Positions 48,508 through 57,469 are shown, numbered from the stretch's first letter. The stretch: DNA of 64,000 nt from an uncultured Gemmatimonadales bacterium (GCA_963815515.1 CAWFGP010000001.1:586378-650377); one strand, 5' to 3'. Notes: generated by a model from the letters alone, not told the origin. Numbers and translations are program-made.

Positions 48508-50480
48508 CCGTCACGCTCAACCCGCTCTACCGCTTCGACACCCTCATCGTGGGCGCCGCCAACCGGCTCGCGGTGACCGCGGCGAAGGCCGTCGCCGAGT
48601 CGCCGGGGACGGTGTACAACCCGCTGTTCATCTACGCCCGCCCTGGGCTGGGCAAGACCCACCTCCTGATGGCCATCGGGCATGCGGCCCGGGCCATCAA
48701 CCCGCGGCTCACGGTCGAATATCTCACGCTCGACGAGTTCGTCGAGGCGTTTCACGCGGCCATCGCCGCGGGCCACGGTGAGGCATACCGGAAGCGGTTC
48801 CTGGACGTCGACGTGCTGCTGGTGGACGACGTGCAGTTCCTGACGCACCGGCGTGAGATGCAGGCGGAGCTGCTGCGGCTGACCGATGCGCTGCAGACCA
48901 CCAACCGCCAGATCGTCCTCACCAGCGACCGGCCACCTGCCGAGATCGAGGCGCTGGACGAGCGGCTCATCCGGCGGTTCGCGGGCGGGCTCATCATCGA
49001 CGTCGCGGCGCCCGACTACGAGACTCGCGTCGCCATCCTGCGCCGCAAGGCCGAGGAGCGCCGGGCGGGGTTCGGTGAGGCCGTCCTCGAGGCGGTGGCC
49101 TCGCTTGCCATCGACAACGTGCGCGAGCTGCTGGGCGCGCTCAACCGGCTCATCGCGTTCCAGGCGGTGAGCGAGCAGGCCCTCGGCCCCGAGCAGGCCC
49201 GCATGCTGGTGGGGGGCGAGGTGGAGACGTCGGAGCCCGCCGCGCCGGCGGCCCAGCCGGTCGTGGAGCCCTCGCCGGCCGCGGCCTCCGCCGAGCCGTC
49301 GGAGTTCGACGACTTTCTCTCCGAGATCGCCGCCACCGTTGCCCAGCAGGTCGACGCCTGGCGCGGCAAGGTCACCGCCGCCGTGCTGCGCTGGCAGGGT
49401 GAGGGGTTCCGCACCGCCCAGCTCGAGGCGCTGCTGGCGCAGGAGATGGTGAACGACCCCGAGCGCAGTCTCCGAGAGTTCGAGGAGGACGTCGTCCGGC
49501 TCCAGCACATGCAGGCCGAGGCAGCGGCGCTCGCGCCCGAGCTCGCCGGGTCGGCCGCCTTCCGGGACCCGGCCAACCTGGACGCCGCCGAGGAAGCGCT
49601 CCGGCAGGCCCGCGAAGAAGGCGCGCCCCCGCCGGCGCCCTCGCCGCTCTGGCGGCTGGACGCGATGGTCGAGACCGCGGCCAACCGGGTCGTGCTCGAG
49701 GCCGTGCGCACCGTGGCCGCGGAGCCCGCCCACCGGTACAACCCGCTCGTCCTGGTCGGCGGGCCGGCGGTCGGCAAGACCCACCTGCTGCACGCGCTCG
49801 GCAACGCGCTCGCCGAGCGCGGCGGCCCGGTGGCCTGCCTCAGCGCGCCGGAGTTCACCGGCGAGTTGATCGAGGCCATCGACCGCGACGCGATCGCCGG
49901 CTGGCGGGCGCGCTACCGCCGGGCCACGGCGTTCCTGCTCGACGACGTCCACCTCATCGCCGCCAAGGACCGCACGCAGGACGAGCTGTTCGTGCTGTTC
50001 AACGCGCTGATCGATGCGGGCCGGCAGCTGGTGTTCACGTCGGCTGCGCCGCTCGACGAGCTCACCGGCGTCGAGCCCCGGCTGCGGTCGCGCCTCGAGG
50101 GCGGCCTGGTGGTCGAGCTGTCGCCCCCCGACGCCGCCGTGCGGGAGCGCGTCCTGCTGCGCGATCTCGGGTCCAAGCTGGGCACGGCCGATCCCCAACT
50201 CGCGGCCTACGTCGCCTCGCGCCCCGCCGATTCCGTCCGCGCGGCGCAGGCGCTGCTGCAGCGCGTGCTCGAGGCCGCGGCCGCCCAGGGCGTCACCCCG
50301 AGCGCCGCCTTCGCGCGCGAAGTGATCGAGGGCCAGACCCCGGCGCCCGCGGCGGCGAAGCGTTCCTCGAGCCGGTCGAGCGGCCTGGTGGCCCCCGGCG
50401 CGAGCGCGACCCGGAGCCGCGAGAAGATGGTGTGGGAGTGGCCCGAGGTGAGCGAGCGCGTGATCGAGGAGTGGCGCTGA
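48504..50480 (+). CDS. protein with two tandem DnaA/Hda-like AAA+ modules and no recognisable DnaA domain I or IV
   Basis: GTG 48504 (GTGA overlap with the mglA stop). Module 1: NPLFIYARPGLGKTHL, VLLVDDVQFL, IVLTSDRPP, RLIRRFAGGL, PDYETRVAILRRKA, NVRELLGALNRL. Module 2: NPLVLVGGPAVGKTHL, AFLLDDVHLI, LVFTSAAPL, RLRSRLEGGL. Confidence 0.85.
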   Translation: MTVTLNPLYRFDTLIVGAANRLAVTAAKAVAESPGTVYNPLFIYARPGLGKTHLLMAIGHAARAINPRLTVEYLTLDEFVEAFHAAIAAGHGEAYRKRFLDVDVLLVDDVQFLTHRREMQAELLRLTDALQTTNRQIVLTSDRPPAEIEALDERLIRRFAGGLIIDVAAPDYETRVAILRRKAEERRAGFGEAVLEAVASLAIDNVRELLGALNRLIAFQAVSEQALGPEQARMLVGGEVETSEPAAPAAQPVVEPSPAAASAEPSEFDDFLSEIAATVAQQVDAWRGKVTAAVLRWQGEGFRTAQLEALLAQEMVNDPERSLREFEEDVVRLQHMQAEAAALAPELAGSAAFRDPANLDAAEEALRQAREEGAPPPAPSPLWRLDAMVETAANRVVLEAVRTVAAEPAHRYNPLVLVGGPAVGKTHLLHALGNALAERGGPVACLSAPEFTGELIEAIDRDAIAGWRARYRRATAFLLDDVHLIAAKDRTQDELFVLFNALIDAGRQLVFTSAAPLDELTGVEPRLRSRLEGGLVVELSPPDAAVRERVLLRDLGSKLGTADPQLAAYVASRPADSVRAAQALLQRVLEAAAAQGVTPSAAFAREVIEGQTPAPAAAKRSSSRSSGLVAPGASATRSREKMVWEWPEVSERVIEEWR

Positions 50481-52096
50481 TGGCGATCAAGGGCAGCCTC
50501 AAGGAGGCCAGTCTCCCGGACGTCATTCAGCTCCTGTTTCTGGGGCGGCGGACGGGCTGCCTCGCGCTCGCCGACCGGCACAACTTCGGCACGATCTATT
50601 TCGAGGAAGGGCACATCATCTACGCCGCGATCGTCAACCGGCGTGATCGGCTGGGCGACATCCTGCTCCGGAGCGGGCGCATCACGCAGGAGCAGCTGCA
50701 GGACGCGATCGCGGCGCAGGCAGGGGACCGGGAGCACAAGCTCGGCGAGATTCTCGTCCAGCTCGGCGTCCTCCCCCGCGAGGAGCTCGAGAGCTACATC
50801 CGGCTGCAGATCGAAGAAGCCGTGTACTACCTGTTCACCTGGATCTCGGGGACGTTCAACTTCGAGGCGGGCATCCGGCCGGAGCTGGAGGACTTCCTCG
50901 TCCGCATCAACCCCGAGTTCCTGCTGCTCGAGGGCGCCCGGCGAGTAGACGAGTGGAGCCAGATCGAGAAGAAGGTCCCCTCGTTCGATCTGATCTTCAC
51001 CGTGGATCCGGCCCACATCGGCGAATCGGCCCCCACGCTGTCGGCCGAACAGCAGCGCCTCGTGCCGCTGCTCGACGGCTCGCGCGACGTGCAGGCGGTC
51101 ATCGAGGAGTCCGGCCTGGTGGAGTTCGAGGTCGGGAAAGCGCTCTACGGCCTGATTACCGCCGGCTTCGCCCATCGGACCGGTACGTCGGCCGCCGCCG
51201 CGCCGAAGGTCCATGACGGCCGGGTCGAGGAGCACCGGAATCTCGGCGTGGCCTTCTACAAGGCGGCGATGCTGGACGAGGCCCTGCGCGAGTTCCGCCG
51301 GGTCGCGGACCTCCGCCCGACCGACGCGAGCGCACCGTTCTACCTGGGGCTGATCGCCCTGCGCCAGGGGCGCTGGGAGGAGGCGATGGCGGGATTCCGG
51401 CAGGCGGCCGAGGGGGCCGGCGGCCGCCCCGCGGCGCTGCACAACCTCGGCTACGCCCTCGAGCGCCTCGGCCGGCTGGACGAATCGGAGACCGCCTACG
51501 GCGACGCCGCCGGCCGGGCCCGGGACGACGCGCGCATCATGCTCGGCTGGAGCGTGGTGGCGCTCAAGCGGGGTGAGCACCAGGTGTCGCAGGGCCGGCT
51601 CGCCCGGACGCTCGAGCTGCTCGGCAGCAAGCCGGCTCCGGCTCTCTGGTACTGGGCCGCCACGCTCGCGAGCGCCGGCCTCGACGACGCGCCCGGCGCA
51701 CTCCGCGCCGCCAAGGCGGGCGTGGCCGCATTCCCGGCGAGCGCCGTGCTTCAGAACAATCTCGCGGTGCTGCTCGAGCTGAGCGGCGACGTGGCCGGCG
51801 CCGAGGCGGCGCTCCGGGCCGCGCTCGCCGAGGATCCGTCGCTGCCACAAGTCTCCAAGAACCTGGCCGACGTCCTCTACCGGAACGGCCGCTACGATGA
51901 GGCCCGCGAGGCCTACGAGCGCGCCGCCAAGCTGGCCCCCGATCTCGGCGACGACCTGTACTTCAAGCTTGGAAACCTGGCCTACAAGCGGCGGGACAAG
52001 TCGGTCGCTCGCGAGAGCTGGAGCCGCGCCACCACGCTGAATCCCGCGCACGAGCTGGCCAAGGCCAACCTCGAGATGCTGGACATGGCCCCGTGA
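50480..52096 (+). CDS. PATAN/DUF4388-domain protein with C-terminal TPR (paralogue of 45174-46223)
   Basis: IKGSLKEASLPDVIQLLFLGRRTGCLAL...GTIYFEEGHIIYA...LGEILVQLGVLPREELE...EEAVYYLFTWISGTFNFEAG, then TPR units (HRNLGVAFYKAAMLDEALREFRRVADLRP ...). Confidence 0.75.
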   Translation: MAIKGSLKEASLPDVIQLLFLGRRTGCLALADRHNFGTIYFEEGHIIYAAIVNRRDRLGDILLRSGRITQEQLQDAIAAQAGDREHKLGEILVQLGVLPREELESYIRLQIEEAVYYLFTWISGTFNFEAGIRPELEDFLVRINPEFLLLEGARRVDEWSQIEKKVPSFDLIFTVDPAHIGESAPTLSAEQQRLVPLLDGSRDVQAVIEESGLVEFEVGKALYGLITAGFAHRTGTSAAAAPKVHDGRVEEHRNLGVAFYKAAMLDEALREFRRVADLRPTDASAPFYLGLIALRQGRWEEAMAGFRQAAEGAGGRPAALHNLGYALERLGRLDESETAYGDAAGRARDDARIMLGWSVVALKRGEHQVSQGRLARTLELLGSKPAPALWYWAATLASAGLDDAPGALRAAKAGVAAFPASAVLQNNLAVLLELSGDVAGAEAALRAALAEDPSLPQVSKNLADVLYRNGRYDEAREAYERAAKLAPDLGDDLYFKLGNLAYKRRDKSVARESWSRATTLNPAHELAKANLEMLDMAP

Positions 52097-52908
52097 CCGA
52101 CGAACTCGCCTTCGCCGCGCTCTCGCGCGAGATCATCAAGGCCAGCGGCTTCGCCGTGGATGCCTACAAGGACAAGTGCATCCGGCGCCGGATCGCGGTG
52201 CGGATGCGCGCCTGCGGCGTGCACACCTACGAGGACTATCGCATGCTCCTGAAGCAGTCGCCCAGCGAGTACGAGCGGCTGCGGGACGCGCTGACCATCA
52301 ACGTCACCCGGTTCTATCGGAACGCCGAGACCTGGAATCTGATCCGGCGCGAGGTCCTGCCGGTCTTGTTCGACCACCGCCGAGACGAGGTGCGGGCCTG
52401 GAGCGCCGGGTGCTCGTCGGGCGAAGAGCCGTACACGCTCGCCGTGCTGGCGGCCGAGCATCTGGACCGCGCCGGCCGGGCCGACGAGCTCGCCCGGCTC
52501 ACGATCGACGCCACCGACATCGATCGCACCAGCCTCGACCGGGCACGGTCGGCCAGCTACCGGAGCGAAGGGCTCACCGAGATGCCCGACGACCTGGCCC
52601 GGCCCTACTTCGAGTCGGCCGGCGACGAGCGACGGGTGATCGACCGCGTGCGGCGCCGAGTCCAGGTCCGGGCGCTCGACCTGAGCCGCGAGGCTCCGCT
52701 CCGGACCGACTACGACCTGATCCTCTGCCGCAACGTCGTGATCTACTTCGACCGGGTCATGCAGGAGCGGCTGTTCCAGACGTTCACCGGCGCGCTGGTG
52801 CCCGGCGGGTATCTCGTGTTGGGCAAGGTCGAGACGCTCTTCGGCGCGGCCCGCGAGCGCCTCACCCTGATCGACCCGCGCGAGCGCGTATACCGGCGGC
52901 CGGCGTGA
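52093..52908 (+). CDS. cheR: chemotaxis protein methyltransferase CheR
   Basis: TINVTRFYRNAETW, VRAWSAGCSSGEEPYTLAVL and DLILCRNVVIYFD. Confidence 0.93.
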   Translation: MTDELAFAALSREIIKASGFAVDAYKDKCIRRRIAVRMRACGVHTYEDYRMLLKQSPSEYERLRDALTINVTRFYRNAETWNLIRREVLPVLFDHRRDEVRAWSAGCSSGEEPYTLAVLAAEHLDRAGRADELARLTIDATDIDRTSLDRARSASYRSEGLTEMPDDLARPYFESAGDERRVIDRVRRRVQVRALDLSREAPLRTDYDLILCRNVVIYFDRVMQERLFQTFTGALVPGGYLVLGKVETLFGAARERLTLIDPRERVYRRPA

Positions 52909-53390
52909 GGGGCGAGATCATCGTGAAGGTCGCCGACCTCCGCTCAGGGACCGGGAACGACGTCCTGGTGACGATCGGCCTCGGGAGCTGCGTCGCAATC
53001 GTGCTGTACGACGCCACGGCCCGCGTCGGCGGAATGGCGCACGTGCTGCTGCCGTCGTCGGCGCTGAGTCGCCGCGACAGCAATCCGGCCAAATTTCCCC
53101 AGACGGCGGTGCCGCTTCTGCTCGAGCAGATGGGGCAGCAGGGTGCCAACGTCCGCCGGATCTCGGCGCGTCTGGTGGGCGGCGCCAGCATGTTCAGCGG
53201 ACTGGGCGCACCGGGCACGATCCAGATGGGTGAGCGCAACGTCGTGGCCTCGCGTCAGGCGCTCCACCTGCACAGTGTGGCCATCATCGCCGAAGCCACC
53301 GGGGGCGACTTCGGCCGCACCGTGCGGCTCTGGGTGGCGGACGGCCGCGTCGAGGTTTCGTCGGTGGCGCATGGTGTCCAAACCCTCTGA
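52905..53390 (+). CDS. cheD: chemoreceptor glutamine deamidase CheD
   Basis: GTG 52905 (GTGA overlap). [16 protein letters not shown]...GGMAHVLLP...GERNV. Confidence 0.9.
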   Translation: MRGEIIVKVADLRSGTGNDVLVTIGLGSCVAIVLYDATARVGGMAHVLLPSSALSRRDSNPAKFPQTAVPLLLEQMGQQGANVRRISARLVGGASMFSGLGAPGTIQMGERNVVASRQALHLHSVAIIAEATGGDFGRTVRLWVADGRVEVSSVAHGVQTL

Positions 53391-54447
53391 CCCCCGGACC
53401 GTCCTGGTGGTCGACGACAGCCCCTTCTTCCGGCGGCTGCTGAGCGACGTGGTGGACGGGAGCCAGGAATTCCGGGTCGTCGCCACCGCGCGGAACGGGA
53501 TGGATGCAGTCCAGAAGGTGCACGATCAGAATCCCGACCTGGTCCTGATGGACCTCGAGATGCCCGAGCTCGATGGCCTCGGCGCCATCGGCTACATCAT
53601 GTCCGAGTCACCGCGCCCGATCGTGGTGGTGAGCTCCTACGCCGGGCCCGGCACCGCGGCGGCCATCCGCGCGCTCGAGCTGGGCGCGGTGGATCTCGTG
53701 GCCAAGGCCGAGGACCGGACCGAGGACGCCCTCACCCGGTTCGGCGAACGGCTGCTCACGGTGCTTCATACGGTGCGGAGTGCCGCCATCCTCCGGATGC
53801 CGATGCTCGCGCGGCCCGCGCGCGGCGCCCATCCACAGGCCCTGTTCGCGCTGCCGGGCCGGGCGCGGCAGTGCGCCGCCATCGCCGCGTCAACCGGCGG
53901 GCCGCGTGCGCTGGCGGAGGTGGTGCCCGCGCTGGGCACGGGGCAGCAGGCCGCGGTCCTGATCGTGCAGCACATGCCACCCAAGTTCACCCACAGCCTG
54001 GCCGAGCGGCTCGCGGCGCAGAGTCATTTCAACGTGGTCGAGGCGCAGCAGGGGACGCCGGTCCTGGCGGACACCGCGTATGTAGCACCGGGGGATTATC
54101 ATATGCGCGTCGCCACGGGCCTCGACGGGCTCCGTCTCGAGCTCGACCAGGAGCCCTCGATCTGGGGCGTCCGGCCCGCGGCCGATCCCCTGTTCCGGAG
54201 CGTCGCGAAGATCTTCGGCCCCCGCGCCGTGGGCGTCGTGCTGACCGGCCTCGGACGGGACGGCGCCGACGGGCTCCGCGCCATCCACGATGCCGGCGGA
54301 GTCGGGATCGCACAGGACCGCGAGACCGCCACGATCTTCGGCATGCCGAGCGCAGCGGCCCAGGCCGGCGGTGTGGATCACGTCCTGCCGATCGGCCGGA
54401 TCGCCGATCGGGTGGGCCAGGAGCTCGGCCGGATGGCCGCCCGGTGA
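53371..54447 (+). CDS. cheB: chemotaxis response regulator protein-glutamate methylesterase CheB
   Basis: Receiver [14 protein letters not shown]...[13 protein letters not shown]. Esterase [21 protein letters not shown] and [11 protein letters not shown]. Confidence 0.93.
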   Translation: MVSKPSDPRTVLVVDDSPFFRRLLSDVVDGSQEFRVVATARNGMDAVQKVHDQNPDLVLMDLEMPELDGLGAIGYIMSESPRPIVVVSSYAGPGTAAAIRALELGAVDLVAKAEDRTEDALTRFGERLLTVLHTVRSAAILRMPMLARPARGAHPQALFALPGRARQCAAIAASTGGPRALAEVVPALGTGQQAAVLIVQHMPPKFTHSLAERLAAQSHFNVVEAQQGTPVLADTAYVAPGDYHMRVATGLDGLRLELDQEPSIWGVRPAADPLFRSVAKIFGPRAVGVVLTGLGRDGADGLRAIHDAGGVGIAQDRETATIFGMPSAAAQAGGVDHVLPIGRIADRVGQELGRMAAR

Positions 54448-54884
54448 GCGCGGCCGTGAAGGGTGGGGTGGGGCACCTGCTGGTCCGCGCCGGCGGCCGG
54501 CTGGTCGGCCTGCCGCTGGATCAGGTGGTCGAGGTCCTCGACCCCGGCACCAGCTTCCCGGTGCCGTCGCTCGAGCCCGCGGTCCGCGGCGTGACCATCG
54601 TGCGGGGGCGGATCCTGCCGCTGGTGCATCTGGGCACGCTCCTGGATGGCGGGGCCTCTCTGCCGGCGCGCACCGACACCGGCGTCCTGGTCGAGCTGGC
54701 CGGCCGCCGGCTCTGCCTGGAAGTCGAGGAGGCCGAGTCGGTCCTGTACGACACAGGGCTCGCCGTGCCGCCGGGCAGCGCACTCCCGTGGGCGGCGGCG
54801 GTCGCCCGAACCGATCGCGGCCTCGTGCCCCTGCTGGACCTCGCCGCGCTGGGCGCGCGCTTCACGGAGACTTCTGCCCCATGA
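54444..54884 (+). CDS. cheW: CheW-like coupling protein
   Basis: GTG 54444 (GTGA overlap). [24 protein letters not shown]...[21 protein letters not shown]...[20 protein letters not shown]. Confidence 0.75.
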   Translation: MSAAVKGGVGHLLVRAGGRLVGLPLDQVVEVLDPGTSFPVPSLEPAVRGVTIVRGRILPLVHLGTLLDGGASLPARTDTGVLVELAGRRLCLEVEEAESVLYDTGLAVPPGSALPWAAAVARTDRGLVPLLDLAALGARFTETSAP

Positions 54885-55351
54885 CGACCACTGGCGACGA
54901 TATCCAGCTCGTGAGCTTCCGGGTCGGGACCCAGGAGTTCGCGTTCGACATCCTCCAGGTCGAGCGGATCCTCCGGCACGTGACCCCCTCGCCGCTGCCC
55001 AAGTCGCCCGACTTCCTCGAGGGCGTGGTTCCCTACGAGGGCGGCGCGGTGCCGGTGGTGGATCTCCGCAAGCGCTTCGACCTCGAGGCGCCCATCCGCG
55101 AGGAGACCCGGCTCATGGTGGTCGACCTCGGCGACCATCGGGTCGGCGTGCTGGTGGACGAGGTGCGCGAGGTGATGCGGGTCGACAGCACTACCATCAC
55201 GGCTCCCGGACCGATGGTGAACGGGCTCGCGGCCGCCTACATCGCCGGCATCGTCACGCGCCCCTCGCGCACGATCATCATCCTGAACGCCCGGAAGCTG
55301 CTCTCCGCCTCCGAACGCACGGCCCTGACCGGCATCGGGAGCGGCCAGTGA
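54881..55351 (+). CDS. cheW: CheW coupling protein
   Basis: ATG 54881 (ATGA overlap). LVSFRVGTQEFAFDILQVERIL...FLEGVVPYEGGAVPVVDLRKRF...VVDLGDHRVGVLVDEVREVMRV. Confidence 0.88.
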   Translation: MTTTGDDIQLVSFRVGTQEFAFDILQVERILRHVTPSPLPKSPDFLEGVVPYEGGAVPVVDLRKRFDLEAPIREETRLMVVDLGDHRVGVLVDEVREVMRVDSTTITAPGPMVNGLAAAYIAGIVTRPSRTIIILNARKLLSASERTALTGIGSGQ

Positions 55352-56217
55352 GCGAGCCCTGGCTCACCGCGCTCCGGGCCCAGTTCCAGGCGATCGAGAC
55401 CCGCCTGGGAACGTCGGCGCAGCCGGGCGACCGTGAGGCGCTCAAGCGGGACATCATCGCCCTCTTCAAGCGGGTGGATGCGGCGCTCGGCGACCTGGGC
55501 CAGATGAAGGAAGACATCCGCGGACTGGTGGAGCGCTACAAGCAGGGCGCGGCGGCGGAAGTCGCCACGGCGCCCCAGTTCACCGGCGCCCGTCCGGCGA
55601 TCCACGCCGACCACCTCGGAGCCTCGACCTACATCGAGAAGGGCTGGAGCCTGATCTCCCTTGGCGACTACGCCGGCGCGATCCAGTCGCTCGAGAAGGC
55701 GCTGACGCTGGCCCCCGGGGAGGTCCAGGCCCAGTCGCTCCTGGGCTGGGCCCAGATGCTGCACGAGGACTACGACGATGCACTCGGCACCTTCTCGCGG
55801 GTCCTGATGAAGGAACCGGCGAACGCGCTCGCGCGCATCAACGTCGGCTACATCTGCCTCAAGAAACGGATCTTCGGCGAGGCCATCGAGCATCTGTCGA
55901 AGGCCATCCGGTTGGACAACGATCGGAAGGCGACGCTCTACGCCCACTACTATCTGGGGTTGGTGTACCTCGAGCGCGAGATGTTCGAGGACGCGCAGAG
56001 CTTCTTTCGGAAGACGCTCAAGCTGGGCCCCAATCTGATCGAGGCATACTTCGAGCTGGGCCGCGCCCTCTGGTTCGCGGGCCAGCGCGACGAGGCGATG
56101 CAGACCTGGGCCGAAGGCCACAAGGCCAACAAGTTCAATCCCTGGGCCAAGCGCTGCAAAGAGATGCTCGACCTGGTCGCGTCGGGAGGTGAGGTCCCGC
56201 GCAACCTGGTCTCCTAG
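55348..56217 (+). CDS. coiled-coil + TPR protein
   Basis: GTG 55348 (GTGA overlap). TPR units IEKGWSLISLGDYAGAIQSLEKALTLAP and AHYYLGLVYLEREMFEDAQSFFRKTLKLGP. Confidence 0.8.
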   Translation: MSEPWLTALRAQFQAIETRLGTSAQPGDREALKRDIIALFKRVDAALGDLGQMKEDIRGLVERYKQGAAAEVATAPQFTGARPAIHADHLGASTYIEKGWSLISLGDYAGAIQSLEKALTLAPGEVQAQSLLGWAQMLHEDYDDALGTFSRVLMKEPANALARINVGYICLKKRIFGEAIEHLSKAIRLDNDRKATLYAHYYLGLVYLEREMFEDAQSFFRKTLKLGPNLIEAYFELGRALWFAGQRDEAMQTWAEGHKANKFNPWAKRCKEMLDLVASGGEVPRNLVS

Positions 56218-56241
56218 CACTCCTCCTCCTGCTCCAGGGCA

Positions 56242-56265
56242 GTCCCACCGCAGTGCAGGTGGGAC
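56242..56265 (+). terminator. perfect 8-bp stem hairpin (GTCCCACC-gcagtgca-GGTGGGAC) 25 nt after the last gene of the Che operon
   Basis: Read directly from the sequence. No U-tract follows, so its function as a terminator is uncertain. It covers the GTG 56253 start proposed by the ORF track. Confidence 0.25.
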
Positions 56266-57089
56266 GGGTCACCGCCGTGGCCTGGCCCGCTCAGCGCGCC
56301 ATGGCCGCCGACCTCGCGCGCCTGGCCGACCGGCCGGCCGAGTGGCCGGGGCTCGGCGTGCGCGACCCCGGGCCGCTCCGGCTCATCGTGGTGCCCGGCG
56401 CCCATCTGCTCGACTCCCTGACCGCCGGGCGCGCGCCACGCTGGGGTGCCGCCATCGCCGTGCCGGGCGCACGCACCATCGTGCTCCGCGCCGACCAGGG
56501 CGACCTCGTCCGTACCCTGCGCCACGAGCTTGCCCATCTGGCGCTGCACCAGGCGGTCGCCGTGCGGGTCCCGCTCTGGTTCGACGAGGGATACGCGTCC
56601 TGGGCCGCCGGGGAGTGGGATCGGCTCGGCACGCTGGAGCTCAACCTGACGGTGGTCCGTGGTGCCGTCCCGACGCTCACCGGGCTGGATGGCGCACTGC
56701 GCGGATCGGCCTCCAGCGCGGATGCCGCGTACGCCCTGGCCGTCTCAGCCGTGGTCGAGCTGGCACGAAGGAATCCAACGGGGACGCTCACTCCGCTGCT
56801 CGGGCGGCTCGAATCGGGTGAGGACTTCGACGCCGCCGTGCTGGCGACCACCGGCCTCGCGACCGGCCGCTTCGAGCAGGAATGGCAGCGGGCCATCCGC
56901 CGGCGGTACACGCTGGCCAACTGGCTCGTGGCGGGCGGCGGGTGGCTGGTCGTCGCCCTGGTGGTGGCCTGGCAGGTCCGGCGCCGGAGGCGGTCGGACC
57001 GGTTCCGCCGGGCGGCGCTCGACGACGGCTGGGACGTCGAGCCCGAAACCGAGCAGGGACCGGAACTTGACCCGACCCCGGATCGGTAG
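56253..57089 (+). CDS. peptidase MA-like zinc metallopeptidase (HEXXH...E) with a C-terminal TM anchor
   Basis: RHELAHLALH then WFDEGYASW (gluzincin-type spacing) and the TM LVAGGGWLVVALVVAW. An alternative start at ATG 56301 lies downstream of the hairpin. Confidence 0.55.
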   Translation: MQVGRVTAVAWPAQRAMAADLARLADRPAEWPGLGVRDPGPLRLIVVPGAHLLDSLTAGRAPRWGAAIAVPGARTIVLRADQGDLVRTLRHELAHLALHQAVAVRVPLWFDEGYASWAAGEWDRLGTLELNLTVVRGAVPTLTGLDGALRGSASSADAAYALAVSAVVELARRNPTGTLTPLLGRLESGEDFDAAVLATTGLATGRFEQEWQRAIRRRYTLANWLVAGGGWLVVALVVAWQVRRRRRSDRFRRAALDDGWDVEPETEQGPELDPTPDR

Positions 57090-57103
57090 TAGCCTCCTCT
57101 CTT

Positions 57104-57316
57104 ATGCCCAGTTCTCGCCCTTCAGTGACCTCGGCAGGTGGCGGTCCGGCCGCGCGCCGCTTCCTGTTGACTCGGCGGAATCTCGCCATCCTGGCCGCCG
57201 CGCTGGTGGTTCTGGTCGCGGGATATATGACCCTCGCCGCGGGGCATGCCAGCCTGGCGGCGGCGCTTCTGGTAGTGGGATACTGCGTGCTCGTGCCGCT
57301 CGGGATCGCCCTTTAG
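57104..57316 (+). CDS. small two-helix membrane protein (hypothetical)
   Basis: 70 aa. LAILAAALVVLVAGYMTLAAG and LAAALLVVGYCVLVPLGIAL. No clear Shine-Dalgarno. Confidence 0.35.
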   Translation: MPSSRPSVTSAGGGPAARRFLLTRRNLAILAAALVVLVAGYMTLAAGHASLAAALLVVGYCVLVPLGIAL

Positions 57317-57394
57317 CAGGGTGTCGCCCGTCACGGCACAATCCCTGCGCATGGTGGTCATTTCGACGTCGCAGAGCTGGCCTCACCGATCCAG

Positions 57395-57469
57395 GGGCGA
57401 ATAGCTCAGCCGGTTCAGAGCGCCTGCCTTACACGCAGGATGTCGGGGGTTCGAATCCCTCTTCGCCCA
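57395..57469 (+). tRNA. tRNA-Val (anticodon TAC)
   Basis: Hand-folded cloverleaf. Acceptor GGGCGAA/TTCGCCC, D arm GCTC..GAGC, anticodon arm CCTGC-CTTACAC-GCAGG, T arm GGGGG-TTCGAAT-CCCTC, discriminator A. CCA is not encoded. Confidence 0.9.
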
